A DNA stretch of 64,000 nt, taken from positions 52,082,001 to 52,146,000 of the forward strand of contig NC_086097.1 of NCBI RefSeq assembly GCF_963921235.1. The letters run 5' to 3'. The notes beneath the pieces are model-generated. The model was not told the origin of the DNA and ran no database searches. It saw nothing but the letters and a program-made list of their open reading frames with translations. Positions 25,761-39,250 of the stretch are shown piece after piece. Position numbers and translations under genes: made by a program. The stretch comes from Mobula hypostoma. Its lineage: Eukaryota. How positions within the stretch are numbered: the first letter of the stretch is position 1; each line of letters begins with the position of its first letter.

Positions 25761-28511
25761 CAGGGGTGTCAAACTCGTTTTTGGTCACGAACCGGATTGG
25801 GCAAAATGCGACTTCATGCGGGCTGGATCAGCTGTGCATGTGCACATGCTCCCTCAGCTTTCGTTGCCTTCGATTTTTCAACCTGCTGTCATGTGTCTCA
25901 GTCTCTGCTATAACTACAAAGTGTTTCACTTTACGAATTTCGTTTTGTTATGAAGAAGATTGCATAGCAAGCATTATTTTTATGATTAGTATTAACTTAC
26001 AGTCGTAGGCTACAAGAAAGTTGTGATGAGAGAGAGAAAAAACAATGATATTTTGGCTAAGATTGTCTTGGGAGCCACACCTTTTCCATTAATAAACCAT
26101 TTGAAATCGAACATTAGCAGACACAAATGTAGACCTAACAAAACAAATAGTAAATGTAGGCTACACAACTGCACCTAATTTTTATTAGCTTGCTTCCAGC
26201 AATCAAACTCAGACAATGAACATAGTTAGCCTCTAATTTTTATTTAAGTGATCACATTTACCGGAATAGAATAGTCAGAAAATGAATGAGTCACAATATT
26301 ATGACACTCAATATTTCATAATGCATTTTGCTGACATGTCACAGTGCATCGAACAATGTCACTCATTTTTCACTTGCTGCTTCCAAACACCTGACATCGC
26401 TTGGCTTTAACCAGCCTGTCAACCTCAGGGACCAGTTTCTGGGCAGTTGTGATTTTCATAACGTCATTTAGATGTCTGCGAGTGCAGTTTAGATTTGTTA
26501 ATATTCATTATGGAGAACGCCTGCTCACAGAGATATGTTGTCCCGAACATGCAAAGGATCTTTGAGGCGAAGTCTTTCATCATGGGATACATTGGTCCCA
26601 AGTATTGATAGAATGAGTCCAGACCCACAGTCTCAAATTTATATTTCAAAGCCCAGTTACAGTGAATTTCAATTAGTTCCATTTGGAGTTCCTCTGGCAC
26701 ATCTGATGCTGCGTTGACAGCAAACAGCGAGCAAAATAGTGAGAATTCCTTCGCGAGCTGAGTGAAGACTTAGAAACGATTCTGAAACTCATTTTTCAGC
26801 TGTGATATTTTGCCCTTGTACCTGTCCATGTTGCCATTATTCCCATGAGCGACACACACAGACTGCAAAGAGGAGAAATGAGCTGGGTTGCTCCGAGATA
26901 GTTGCATCTCCCACAGGCCTAATTTAATTTGAAGGCATGAATGCTGTCATGGTATTCCATAACAAGTTTGTTGCGGCCTTGCATGTTAACATTAAACACA
27001 TTTAAGTGCTCTGTTATATCCACCAAAAATGCAAGATCATGAAGCCAGTCTGGGTCATCCAACTCTGCCACTGGCTTCCCTTTCTCATTCATGAATAGTC
27101 CAATTTCCACACGTAATTGAAAAAAGCACTTGAGCACAACCCCTCTGCTCAACCAGCGGACTTCAGTGTGGTAGGGTAGGCCATGTCCAGTATTACTTTT
27201 GGACAAAAGAGTGTCAAATTGCCAATGGTTGAGTCCCTTGGCTCTAATAAAGTTAATCGTTTTGATTACTACATCCATGACATTGTCCATTTTCAGGCTC
27301 CTGCTACATAACGCCTCTTGGTGTATAATACAATGAAAATTCCAGAATTCCTGGTCTGGATTCTCTGTTTGAACTTTCTCTCGGAGTTTTGCAACAACAC
27401 CTGCCTTTTTCCCGACCATGGACGATGCGCCATTTGTTGCCACGCTGACAGCGTGACTCCACTCAACCCCCAGTCTGTCCAAGGCCTCGATGAGGCTGGA
27501 GAAAATGTCGTTCGCTATTGTGGTGTTTGTCATGGGCACCATCTCCACAAAGTCCTCGGTGACGGTCAAAGATGCATCAACACCACAAATAAATATTCCC
27601 AGTTGAGCTACATCAGTCACGCCTGTGCTCTCATCAATTGCAATAGAGAAGGCAATAAATGACTTCACTTTGTCTTTTAGTTGACTGTTCAAATCTCCTG
27701 CAAGGTCACTGATTCTCTCTGCCACAGTATTTCTTGACAACCTAATACTACCAAAAGCCTGTCTCTTCACAGGGCACACCAGCTCAGCCGCCGTCAGCAT
27801 GCATGCTTTGATGATTTCCCCCTCTGAGTATGGATTTGACACAGCAGCTATTTTGTTGGCAATAATATAGCTGGCCTTGACAGCTCCATCACAAGTCTCT
27901 CGACTTTTGGTGAACATTGATTGCTGTTTTTTCAGAGTTGCTTCAAGCTCATTTACCCTTTGCATTCTGAGTCGTCCTGCTTACTTGTCATATTTTTCTC
28001 CGTGTGACGTCTCATAGTGTCGTTTTATATTGTACTCTTTTGCCAGTCACTTGTTGCGAGCATATCAGACACACAGGTTTGCCGTTGACCTCACAGAAGA
28101 AAAAATGATCTTTCCAATTATCGTTGAATATCCGACCTTGGATGTCAACTTTTCTTTTCTTGGAAAGCATTTTGAACCACAGCAGCAAACAGTCTCAGCC
28201 TTGCTACAGGTGTTACTTACCTGAGTACTCTGTGTGTTTATACTGTGTCTGACGACGTAAGTGGGGCCCTAGTGGTCTTCAGTGCAGGGTGGTAGGTGTT
28301 TATGCACAGCGGGTGGTTAACTGGCACCTATTGTTTTCTAAGTACCGACAACAAGCTGCTGGCCCAGCAGGCAGCACAGACAGCGGTGGGAGAGAGAGCG
28401 ACTGCCGTACAGATACGTAATAAATGGCCATGAATATACTTTTTTTTCCCCCCAAAATCATCTCTTTCGCAGGCTGGATGCAGCCCACGGGCTGGTAGTT
28501 TGACACCCCTG
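25761..28511 (-). mobile_element. Full-length hAT transposon (Charlie/Buster group; SPIN/OC1/GTF2IRD2-like)
   Basis: Perfect 15-bp TIR CAGGGGTGTCAAACT and perfect 8-bp TSD GTATAAGG (25753-25760 and 28512-28519). Confidence 0.96.
26370..28170 (-). pseudogene. hAT transposase of about 600 codons, disrupted
   Basis: MLSKKRKVD..W..KPVCLIC (BED-like finger), AIDEST, HCIIHQE, EVRWLS, FGTTYLCEQAFS, ends RCQVFGSSK*. Stops/frameshifts near 28050-27980, 26920 and 26465; TDG motif reads TNG. Confidence 0.92.
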
Positions 28512-29029
28512 GTATAAGGTGTTCCAGTGTAAGATTTAATTGTCATAAATATGTAAAATTTCAGAATGTATGATTACATGAACAGATTGTACTAAACTGA
28601 TTGTTATTCAACTTTTTTTTTAAAGATACTAGATATAGATCATGCAGACTGCACATTATTATAGAAAGACATGTCACATTCTGTGCCTGTGATATTTTTT
28701 ATCTTGAGATCTCATGAAAGTATGTCTCTTTTCAGGATGCAAATATGGAGTAGAGTTCTAGGTTGATAGTGGAACTTACAGCCTTTTGCAGTTTCTGTTG
28801 TTTGCTGATATCAGTGATGTGATTATACACAACTAAGTGTAGCTTTCAGATCTGAAGTAGCTCTATCTAGCAGTCCTATATCCACTCTCATTTCTCTTTG
28901 ATTTTTAACATATACGAAAAAACTTTTACTATCCATTTTGATAATAAGATTGATAGAATTTTCAAATTAAGTCTTTGTTTTTCTCTCCATAATTTAAACT
29001 GACAAGGTACACATTGCCAAAGAAAAATA

Positions 29030-29497
29030 TATGTAGACATAACATACTGAACTTAGCAGTAAAAACCATCGAGACGACCATTGGGGTCTCTATTTCTGAC
29101 ATTTACTGGGAGCATAGTAGATGAAAGGCCCAAAGCAGTACTGAGGATCCCTACCACCCATCCCACAATCTCTTTGACCTACTATCACCAGCAAGGAGGT
29201 GCTGAACCATCAGGACTAGGGCTGCCAGATGAGGTAACAGCTTCTTCCCTCAGGCTGTGAGACTAATGAATACCCTGCCACCCCTGGGGTCTCATCACTA
29301 AAACAGCATGCTGTTTACCTGTGCTACACTTTACCACACTTTACCACATGCATTTTGAATTAAATTATTTGTAGTTTAACGTTTTGGTTTGTGCTTTGTG
29401 TGACATGTGTAGTTTGGGTGCACCATGGTCTGGAGGAATGTTGTTTCATTTGGTTGTGTGTATGTGCAGTCAGATGACAATAAGTTTGAACTTGAAT
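29030..29497 (+). mobile_element. Rex1-type LINE 3' end
   Basis: DPYHPSHNLF, NSFFPQAVRLMN motifs and a ttgaacttgaa tail. Confidence 0.75.
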
Positions 29498-29584
29498 GTT
29501 ATTAAAAGCTTATTAGATGCTGATCTTAATGCAAAAAATATGTCCTTCACAAAATTATGTCTTAACACTGCAAATTATCTTACA

Positions 29585-29850
29585 CAAGCACACACGATTC
29601 TGCAGATGTTGGAAATTTTGACCAATGCACACAATGCTAAAAGAACCCAGCAGGTCGGGCAGCATCTATGGAGGGAAATAAACAGATGACCTTTCAAGCC
29701 AAGACCCTTCACCAAGTAGTGTTTATTTTTCCTTCCTTAATTTTGCTCTTTTCTTCCTGGAGAACTTGACAAGGTCTTCAGGAGGTGCCTCAGCATAAGA
29801 TGTCAACTGTATATTTCCCTCCATAAATACCATCTCACCTGCTGAGTTGC
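29585..29850. mobile_element. Inverted pair of Penelope family A terminal repeats
   Basis: cagcaggtcgggcagcatctatggagggaaataaacag followed by its reverse complement ctgtatatttccctccataaatac...acctgctgag. Confidence 0.7.
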
Positions 29851-29865
29851 ACATGACCTTACCGC

Positions 29866-29919
29866 AGGGGCTCAGTTAATGGTAAGGTTCCATGGCATAA
29901 AAAAGGTTGGGAACCCCTG
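29866..29919 (+). mobile_element. Partial ~80-bp hAT MITE
   Basis: ttaatggtaaggttccatggcataaaaaaggttgggaacccctg, shared with 42589-42668 and 55872-55951. Confidence 0.7.
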
Positions 29920-30869
29920 CCTTGTGCTTTCATTATGGTTACACTAAACCATACCATGTATTCAATGCAAGTTACATTCACTAGATCCAAAGTAATGCTG
30001 TATCTATCTGAACTTATAACTAAATGTTCTGCCAACCACACTTCTCATGGTCTGGATGTCATGCACCCAACATCAGCCATGTGAGGATTTACCCTTGCTA
30101 GACCCACACTCAACCCACTAACCAAAGATGGAAGTCCCAGTAACTAGCATTATTGCTCTGGTTCAGCAGCAGGAAGCCAAGAGGTGATACATCCCTTTCT
30201 CATTGGACAGCTGTCATCTGTGCCTGTGCTCATGACTGAAAGATCCTCCTCAGTCAGGAGGTGACCAAGGATTGATGATCTACCATGTCTTCCTCGAGTG
30301 TAAAACATCGGTACTGCTTCTTTCCCTTGCTTTTCCAGTATGTATGCTTATTAATAGCATTTCACCTATTTCCATTTCGAGCTGAAACATTGACTGTACT
30401 CTTTTCCTAGATGCTGCCTGGCCTGCTGAGTTCCTCCAGCATTTTGTGTGTGTTGCTCAGATTTCCAGCATCTGTAAATTTTCTCTTGTTTGTGATTGGA
30501 TTTCCATACATACGTATTATGTTGAAAGGAAAAGTAACGTCTTACTTAACCTGCTACCGAATGTGGAGATAAACTTTGTGTGGCATTTTAATGATGTGCT
30601 CCTGGTGTTTTGGGGCATGCTGACTTCGCAGTTTTCTGTTTCTCTTTACTTACCTGTTATCTCCTTCTGTTTACAAGCAATCTACATTCGCTTGCCAATT
30701 AACTAGGCCTGAGGTTTCCTAATACAATGTAGCTGAGATTTTTATTGACTCCTGACACAGGCTGGTTAGAGAGAGGGGGTTTTTTTGTTCAGCATAACAA
30801 AACGTTCAATTTCCAGGTACATTTACATTTCTTCCCCTCACAGATATCAGGTATCAGAACACTTTGCCA

Positions 30870-32120
30870 TTAAAGTACAGACATCACCACCACATCTTAT
30901 TCAAAAGCCCTTATTAGTATAGCAGACAGGTTCACATCTATATACTGCAGAAAATGTTGCCATGTTTTATGAAAACTGTTTGCTTTTGAGTGTACCATAC
31001 ATGTTAAGAAGTCCAAAGGAATGTATTCCATGATTAATTTACACCAACCAGAAAGTCCAGGGATCTTATCGGATATCCAACAAAGTAAAATGTTCTTCCT
31101 CGCACAAAGTCAGGATGTTTAAAAAATTTTTTCTGATGTGCATTAATAATATGACTGCTGGGTAAACTTAAGAGAAAAGACACTGGATCGAGTTCAGGCT
31201 CCATCTTCAGAATCTTTTCCATTTCACCCAAAATATCACTCCAGTATGCCTGAAGTTTGGGACAAATCCAAAAACAGTGGATGAAAGTTCCAGTATTTAC
31301 TTTACATTTAGAACGCATTGGAGAAATCTTAAATTTCGAGAGACGATCTGGAGCCAGATGGGCTCTATGCAGAATTTTGAGTTGCAATGCTTCAGTTCTA
31401 TTACAAACTGAAATTTTCTTTGCATTATCACAGACGTCTTCCCATGTTTCAGCTGTAATTTCTACTCCCAGCTCTCCCCCCCCCAGAAAGAATGTTAAAG
31501 ACCAACCCAATGGCATCAAAACCAACCCTGTTTCTGTGTCTTGAAGCTGTACATAAAAATGTAAAACTTTGACAAAGCTCTTTGTCCAAACCCTTTGTGA
31601 GAATAAGTATTTGAAAGCATCCCAAAAAATGAAAGCAGGCAGTTTGTGGTTTTGGCATGGACTAGTTGGGCATCTCTGTGAGTCTATGCCTTTTTGCTGG
31701 GTTTTCTGCTCCCTTCCCAGGCACCTAGGGACATTGGGTGAATCTGTTTGCCCTTGGCTGGGATTGACAACAGAGTCTAAGCGAACTTGGGCACAAATCA
31801 CAGCAGATTCTGTGAGAGATATCTGTGCCCTTAGAGCCACCTTTGCAACCCAGTGGTCCCAGGACTAAATAAAAACGGAGGGTACAGCAGGAAGACTTGG
31901 GGAGGAAAAGATGAGGGGAATTCAGAAGGGTTTGAAACATTAATGAACCAAGATGTGTGTTCAAAACCAATGCTATTAAGTTTCCCCATTACTGACAGTA
32001 CAAGTGAGTAGTGATTTGAGTGTGTAAATCAATAAACATAGTTCCAAAGCTGTGCCATTATCTTCTTGTCAATAATCCTGCCTCTTTCAAAATCAAATCC
32101 CTTACCTAAATGTTTCATTT
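30870..32120 (-). mobile_element. L1/Tx1-clade LINE ORF2 C-terminal fragment
   Basis: WEDVC..ALQLKILHRAHLAPDRL..KC..GTFIHCFWICPKLQAYW is the cysteine-rich (zf-RVT/CCHC) end of fish-type L1 ORF2. Boundaries uncertain. Confidence 0.8.
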
Positions 32121-32408
32121 ACATGAACTTTTTTAATTATATTGTGGACAGCTAACCCAAAAGCTAATGACTAGCTGGTGATGCAGAAGATCTGAAATAG
32201 TGCAAATTAGGCAGCTTTTGTGGGAACATCATCAACCTGAAACATTAGCTGTTACTCTCCCCACTGAGGTTACTTGACCTGCTGAGTATTGGCAGCATTG
32301 TCTAGTCCTAACATCTATATTCAAATACATTCCAATGGATATATGACCCAAGTTCTCTCAATGGACCTTACTACCTTCCTGCTTTAGGTCCATGTTGCAG
32401 CTCATCAG

Positions 32409-32702
32409 GTGGCACTGGAGTGCGGCAGTTACTGTAATGCTTTTACAGTGGCAGCATCAGGGCTCAATCCTCACCACTATCTGTAAGGAGATTTTGCATT
32501 CTCTCTGTGGCTGCATGGGTTTCCTCGAGTTGCTCTGGTTTCCTCCCACATTCTAAAGACGTACTGTTGGGGCTAGTGAGTTGTGAGTGTGCTATGTTGG
32601 TGGCAGAAGCACGGCAACATTCCCAGGCTGCCCACTCTTTATTAAGATGTTGTTATTCCTGTAATTTCCATGTCTTTTCCAAGAATGTACATGAACAATA
32701 AC
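32409..32702 (+). mobile_element. V-SINE (HE1-like)
   Basis: tRNA-like head (gggctcaatcc B box) and V core gcatgggtttcctcgagttgctctggtttcctcccacattctaaagac. Confidence 0.8.
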
Positions 32703-34623
32703 TACAACAGGAAGGATTGACAAAATTTTAACTAGATTTACCTGGATTATTCCAATGGATGTCCATTAGGGTTATTAAAAGAATATTTGTTTTTGCAATT
32801 AGGGGTGTAGTGAATTTTAATTTAAGTAATGCCGCAGTTTTAGTTTGTTACCAAAAATGCAAGCAAAATCTCAGACATTCTTGTCTTAAAAATAGCTTGA
32901 AATAATTGAAACACCCCTGCCTTTAACTATTAGTATTTAAATGTTTAGTTAGAAAAAAAACCTGTAACATTGAACGCACCCTACTAGGCACAACTGCAAA
33001 TCAGTTTTACGAAATTCACTTTAGTAGATCATATATAGCAAAAGTTTACATGTTTATTCTTGGGTGTAGCATTAGCACACCTGGTGCAAAGCAGCTACAT
33101 TTTTTTGCTGCATCAGCAGAACCCACTTTATAAATTATTGAAGACTTTTGGAGTTAATTTCCTTAACAGCAGTTTGGGAGATGATTGTTTTTGCATAATA
33201 TTTAGTTGTAAACTAGGCTGGAAGTAGTCAGGCTTACAATTTCTTAACATGTGAATATACAAATCCACTTAAGTGTATTGCAGAGATAGAAATATATTGC
33301 ACGAAATCAAGTTAAATTTAGTACAATAAAAGAACTGTGCTTCCACTGCAATTGGAGTTTGTTGGAAAGTGATGATTTATTAGTTCATTAAAAAATCCAC
33401 AACCATATATTTCTTTAGAAATAAATATTTGTTATTTTCATGTTCACTGAATTCTTCTTCCATCATATTTATTTTTGTAAGGTTTGCTAAGAGAACTTTA
33501 ACATGTTGCACGTGTCCAACTTTTCCTCTGGGTGTGGTTTCTGCTATTCAGGACAGGAGCTTAGTAATTAGTCAATTCTCTGTTTCCAAGACCAACCTTA
33601 AAACTTTTACCCCTCTTTTACTCAACCAGTCAATTGGCTTTCTCCTGTAAGTGATCTTTTGAATTCTAAGATCGCTAGAATCAGTTACCAATTGCTGTGA
33701 CTGCTCTGCACCGGAAATTAATTAATGCAAAGTTTGTGTAGAAATTTGTCTCTTGAGTGTAGCTATTCTCAACTGCATGTTCCATTCCACTTCCAAAATT
33801 TGGTGGGCCACCTTAAATTTTGGGAGAAGAATAAAATGACAGGTGTTTTGTGCCACCTGTGGGGATGAATCTTGCAGATATTCTAGGTGTACCTTCACTC
33901 CACGGCAAAACTTGCAGAGCACAGCTTGCCTAGTTTACATTAGGTTTGAAAGTGCTGTTGGCACCTTCAAATTTTTGGGCTGATGTGACAGCAATGCCTG
34001 TGAAGAAAATGGATTAATTCTGCAAGTGCTACTTGTATCATTGATCCTATTTACACACTTCAGTCCTTTTGCTGCAGTGCTGAGTTCTGTGGGTGTGAAT
34101 TTAGTATTATCTGTGTGAACTAGGCTGAAGATCCATGGAAACAAAACAGAGAAAAGATGAAGTGCGGATGTGAAAGGTTTCACCGGATCTTGAAGGGAAA
34201 CTATGTTGGAAGTCATGGATGTTTCTCCCCAATGAGTAGATGCACTGTGTTTCTGGCTAGGAGCCAACCTGTGCCTCACACAATTTCCAGCCTGCTTTTC
34301 CCTGTCACATAGTTTGAGTTTTATTGTCAGGCAAAAATGGTACTGAACTATAAATGGGCTGTATGTTCAGGTCAAGTCAAGTTCATCATCTGCTCAGATT
34401 CTCTGCAGTGCGGCCATACTGAGAGGCACAGCAATGGGGCGGCCCTCAGTCCAGTTATATGGTGCTTCTCTTTCTGTATTCAGGCCATTCATCTGGTCTC
34501 TTGGTCATGTCACATTTTGTTTATTTTTGTAACAGCAAATTATTCTTCAGTTTTAATTCTTTTTTGGTCTGAGTCTGATATGTAAGTTTTTACTTGCATA
34601 TTTCACATATTCTAAACATTATA

Positions 34624-34692
34624 CAGTACTGTGCAGAAGTCTTGAGCACATCTATATAGCCAGGGGGTGCACACCATTTTTGCATAGTTCTG
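34624..34692. mobile_element. Tc1/mariner-type mini-MITE
   Basis: TA|cagtactgtgcagaag...tttttgcatagttctg|TA; imperfect TIRs with TA on both flanks. Confidence 0.7.
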
Positions 34693-35846
34693 TACAGTAT
34701 ATGCCAGCATGGAGCGGAGAGCTAGTTTGTAAATCTGTTGTATAAGTCCTGTACAACACAGAAAAGGGTCATTTGGTGAACCAAGTGTGTGATGACAATC
34801 AAGTAGCCATCTATGCTAATGTTGTTTCTCTGAACCTGCCCTGTAGTCAAGAGTTCACATCTGCCCTGGCCTCTCCCACAGGCGGACTATTTCAGGAGGC
34901 ATTTTCTTCAAATCTCTAATTCTCCTACCCCTTAAACCTGTGCCCTCAGGATAAAGACACTGCTTCTAAGGGGAAAAATATCCCATATCTATGTCACTAA
35001 TAAAGCTGGATACTTCAGTTAGGTCCCCAGTTGCACTCCAAGGAAAACAAACCCAGACTATCCAGTCTCAAGTCTTAACTAGTTTCTCTGCCCGTGCTGC
35101 CACAGGGATCCTTGAACTTGCGCACCGTTGTCCCTCCATTCCTCAGTGCTACCAGTCATTATGTATATCCCAACCTTGTCTAAGCAGGTGCTCGGACACT
35201 TCACCCTGCATCTTCTGCCATCCGATTATTTTCTCTGATGCCGTTTCAGCTTCATCTTTGTACCTGAACCTCCACACCATGAGTCTGAATGTTTGCACAG
35301 TGAACTGTACACATCTTGTGTATCAGGCATGGTGGCATCTATTCTGATATATTGGGTGTGAAGTTCACCAGCCATTTGTCAACTGGGAATTTTGGAATCA
35401 CTCAGCAAGTCAGGCAATATTTGTTGAAAGACAATCAGAGTTAACGCTTCAGAAAATACAGGGCCTGTCTTCCTGAAACGTTAACCTCATTTTTTTCTTT
35501 CCAAAGATGTCTGAACTGCTGAGTGGTTCCAGCATTCTCAGTTTTGTCTCAGATTTTCAGCAGCTGCATAGAACTATATAACATATCTGCAGCAGAGGAG
35601 TAGAGACCACAGGCAGATCAGCCATGTCCAACTTAATAGAAGCACTTAAAATTGAGGCGCAGATGAAGTAGATAGTAGCCGTCTTTTCCAAGGATGTGAA
35701 TGTCAGATACTAGTGGATGGGGCTGCAAGTTGAGAGGGGAAATTTTAAAGATTGTCAAGGCTTTTTTTTCTGCCAGAGATTGCCAGGTGCTTGGGGAAAT
35801 GGCAAAATCAGATATGATAGCAACATTTAAGAGGCATTTAGACAGA

Positions 35847-36600
35847 CAGCACCCACAAAATGCTGGAGGAACTCAGCAGGTGAAGCAGCATCTATGGATA
35901 TGAATAAGCAGTGAACATTTTGGGCCGAGATGCTGCTTCAGGACTGGAAAGGAGGGGGAAGTCACCAGAATAAGAAGGTGGGAGGAGAGGAAGGAGGACG
36001 CGGGAAGTTGAAGCCAGGTGGATGGGGGAGGGGAGTTAAAGTAAGAAACTAGGAGGTGATGGGCAGAAAAGGCCGGAGAAGAAGGGATCAATAGGAGAGG
36101 AGTGATGGGGAGGAGGAGGGCGGTAGGGGAGGTGATAGGCAGGTGAGGAAAAGAGGTAAGAAGCCAGAGTAGGGAATTGAAACAGAAGGAAGGGGAGGGT
36201 GAAAATATTACCAGAAGTTGGAGAAATTGATTTTCGTACCATCAGGTTGGAGGCTACCTTGACTGTTGCTCCTCCAGCCTGAGAGTGGCTTCATCATGGC
36301 AAAAGAGGGAGACGTGGACTGACATGTTGGAAGGGGAATAGGAACTGGAATTTAAAATATTTGGCCACTGGGAAATTCCACTTTTTGCAGATGACTTCAC
36401 CTATCACCTTGCTTGTCCTCCTTCTCCTCCCTTCACTTTTTTATTCTGGCATCTTCCTCCTTCCTTTCCAGTCCTGGAGAAGGGTCTCAGCCCAAATCAT
36501 TGACTGTTTATTGATTTCCATAGATGCTACCTGACCTACCGAGTTACTCCAGCATTTTGTGTGTGTTGCTTTGTATTTCCAACACCTGCAGAATATCCTA
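35847..36600 (-). mobile_element. Penelope-like element (family A): GIY-YIG C-terminus flanked by inverted terminal repeats
   Basis: Antisense of 36210-36380 gives FPVAN, HDEATLRLEEQ, SLQPDGTKINFSNF. 35847-35990 is the inverted copy of 36400-36570. Confidence 0.85.
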
Positions 36601-37879
36601 TCACTCTCAGGATGGAGGAGCAACACGCCTTGCTCTGCTCTAATTGTGCATTTCCCTTTGTTTCATCCACATTGCTACTACCTGGGCTAATTATTTCTCT
36701 CTTTCTCAGCTTTGATGAGTCCTTCATCTGAATTGGTAACTGTATCCCTTTTCACGGATGCTGCCTACTTGCTGAATTTTTCTATCATTTTCCAGTTTTA
36801 CATTTCTTGTGTGGGCTACATTTTTCTTTTCCTATCTTTTTTTTCCTTAAGTGTTCCTGCAGGGTAAGTCCCACCACCTTACCATAGATAACTCATTTCA
36901 TGCACCAAGAAGCTTAATGTATTGGTAAATGGCTGCCAAAAAGCCATATTGACTCATCCTATCACATTTTTTTGTGTGCATCTCACCCCTCCATTTCTCC
37001 TACTGAAAAGTAATTGCTTCTCTCTCTCATTCTGTTCTGACAAAGGGTCACAGGCCCGTGCTGTTGACCTTTTCACTTACCTGATCTGCTGAGCTTTTAA
37101 CCGGCATTTATGTGAAGACAAAAGAGTCTGCAGGCACTGTAATTTGGAGCAGAGAGGAAAAAAAAACCCTCTGGATAAACTCAGCAGATCAAGCAGCATC
37201 ATTGGAGGTAAAAAGTGTAAGCTGAAATTTCAGGTCAAAACCCTTCATCTGGACGTCCTGTTACAGAACTTCCTGTTTTTGTTTCAGATTTCCAGCATCT
37301 GCAGTTTTATTTTTTATATATTAATTTTTAATTGTCACTGCAGAATTTGGAGCTAGATTAAAGCAATAAGCAGTTTCAGGTTGGCAGTTTTCCTATGAAG
37401 TAGAAACTCAAGGCTGGAAACCCTGAAGACTTTGGTGACAATGATGGGTGTAGAGTGATGGGCAGTGGTAACTGGAGGTTGGCATTATTGCTCCTTCAAA
37501 CCTGAAGGATGTTAAAAGGATATTTTAACAACTTGCCTTGCCTTTTTGGCAAGGCAGCTGCTCCAGCCAGTTGATATGTGGCATTGCAGTACTGGTCTCA
37601 ATATTATGTTGCAGTGTGAATAATGACATTGGTCTGTGGAATTTTAAGAAAGGTCCATTTGCGTTTAAAAGGGTAAAAGCAAACTGCAGCAGAACCTGGA
37701 AATTGGAAGTTATGAAATGAAGTAGAAGATCTAGAAGATGTGATTACATCTGTGCAGAGATTATCTGTGAATGTTTTGGGTCACTCGCGATTAATCAGTG
37801 TGAAGTTCAGATGAGAAGTTATCGACCTGAAATATTAATTCTGTTTCTCTCGCCACAGACAAAGACCTGTTAAATGTTT

Positions 37880-39250
37880 AGAATTGTTTGAGGAAATTAA
37901 AAGCAGGATAGATGAAGGAAAAGCAGTGGATGTTGTGTAGCTGGTTTGAAAAGATGCCTCATATGAGGCTGCTTAACAAATCAAGAAGCTGTGGTATTAC
38001 AGGAAAGATACTAGCCTGGATAGAGAATTGGCTGATTGGCAGGAGGCAAAGAGTGGGAATAAAGGGAGCCTTTCCTGGTTGGCTACTGGTGAGTAGTTGT
38101 GTTCTGCAGGGGTCTATATTGGGACTGCTTTTTATGTTATATGTCAATGTTTTTGATGATGGAATTGATAGCATTGTGGCCAAGTTTGTGGCTGAAAGGA
38201 CGATAGGTGGAGGGGCAAGTAGTGTTGAGGAAGCAGGGAGGTTGCAGAAAGAGTTAAACAGATTAAGACAGTGGTCCCCAACCATCGGGCCGTGGACCGG
38301 TACCGGGCAGCAAAACGTGCTACCGGGCCGCGAGGAAGCAATATGATTTGGCGATATGAAACGATATGAGTCAGCTGCACCTTTCCTCATTCCCTGTCAC
38401 GCCCACTGTTGAACTTGAAATAACCTACCAAATCATACCAAATAACACACAGAACCTAAAATAACTCTAACATATAGTAAAAGCAGGAATGATATGATAA
38501 ATACACAGCCTATATAAAATAGAAATAATGCATGTACAAAGTAGTTTCACTTAACAGAATCGGGAAGATTAAGCAAAATTGGCAAGTACACGCATGCGCA
38601 TGTCATGTATGCGCACGTCACGCATGCACACGTCATGTATGCATACATCATGCATGCACACACAGGTGCCTGTGCAAGGCTTCACGGTCATGGTAGTCTT
38701 TCTCGGGGTAAACACAAGTGTCCCATATTTGACTGCTACTTTAGTCCCGTATTTGGGAGTGAGAAAGTTGGCAACCCTACTTGAACACTCCCCCCCACCC
38801 CCGGTCGGCCGGTCCGCAAGAATATTGTCAATATTAAACCAGTCCATGGTGCAAAAAAGTTTGGGGACCCCTTGATTAAGAGAATGGACAAAGAGGTGGC
38901 AGGTGGAATAGTGTTGAGAACTGAATGGTTATGCACATTGGTAGAAGGAACAAAAGCATAGACTGGTTTCTAAATGGACAGAAAATTCAGAAATCAGAGT
39001 GCAAAGGGACTTGTGTCCTCATGCAAGATTTCCTAAAGGTTAACTTGCAGTTTGAGTTGCTGGTGAGGAAGACAAATGCAAGGTTAGTATTAATTTCAAG
39101 AGGACTAGAATATAAAAACAAGGATGTAATGCTGAAGCTTTTTAAAGCATTGGTGAGGCCTCACTTGGAGTATCGTGAGCAATTTTGGGTCCCTAATCTA
39201 AGGCAGGATGTGTTGACATTGGAGAGGTTTCAGAGGAGGTTCATGAATGC
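37880..39250 (+). mobile_element. CR1 LINE RT fragment split by a hAT MITE
   Basis: PHMRLLNK, WIENWLIGRRQRVGI, LFKALVRPHLEY; the LQKELNRL|REW segment is broken at 38268/38874. Confidence 0.9.
38269..38873 (+). mobile_element. hAT MITE, same family as 15254-16400
   Basis: TIRs cagtggtccccaacc / agtttggggacccctt, TSD GATTAAGA, shared subterminal blocks, and a ~15-bp tandem array at 38590-38660. Confidence 0.92.

Noticed and set aside
26919..27965. Domesticated GTF2IRD2/ZBED-like gene
   Set aside because: Bounded by TIRs and TSD, with stops and frameshifts in the full frame; it is a transposon copy.
31034..31840. 268-aa ORF as a host gene
   Set aside because: Only the central part resembles the L1 ORF2 C-terminus; the rest is frameshifted or unrelated.
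35950..36200. G-rich purine tract as a functional G-quadruplex or triplex element
   Set aside because: It is part of the Penelope family A body and recurs at 50055-50310.
38590..38660. CRISPR-like or coding repeat array
   Set aside because: Tandem units without spacers, inside a eukaryotic MITE.
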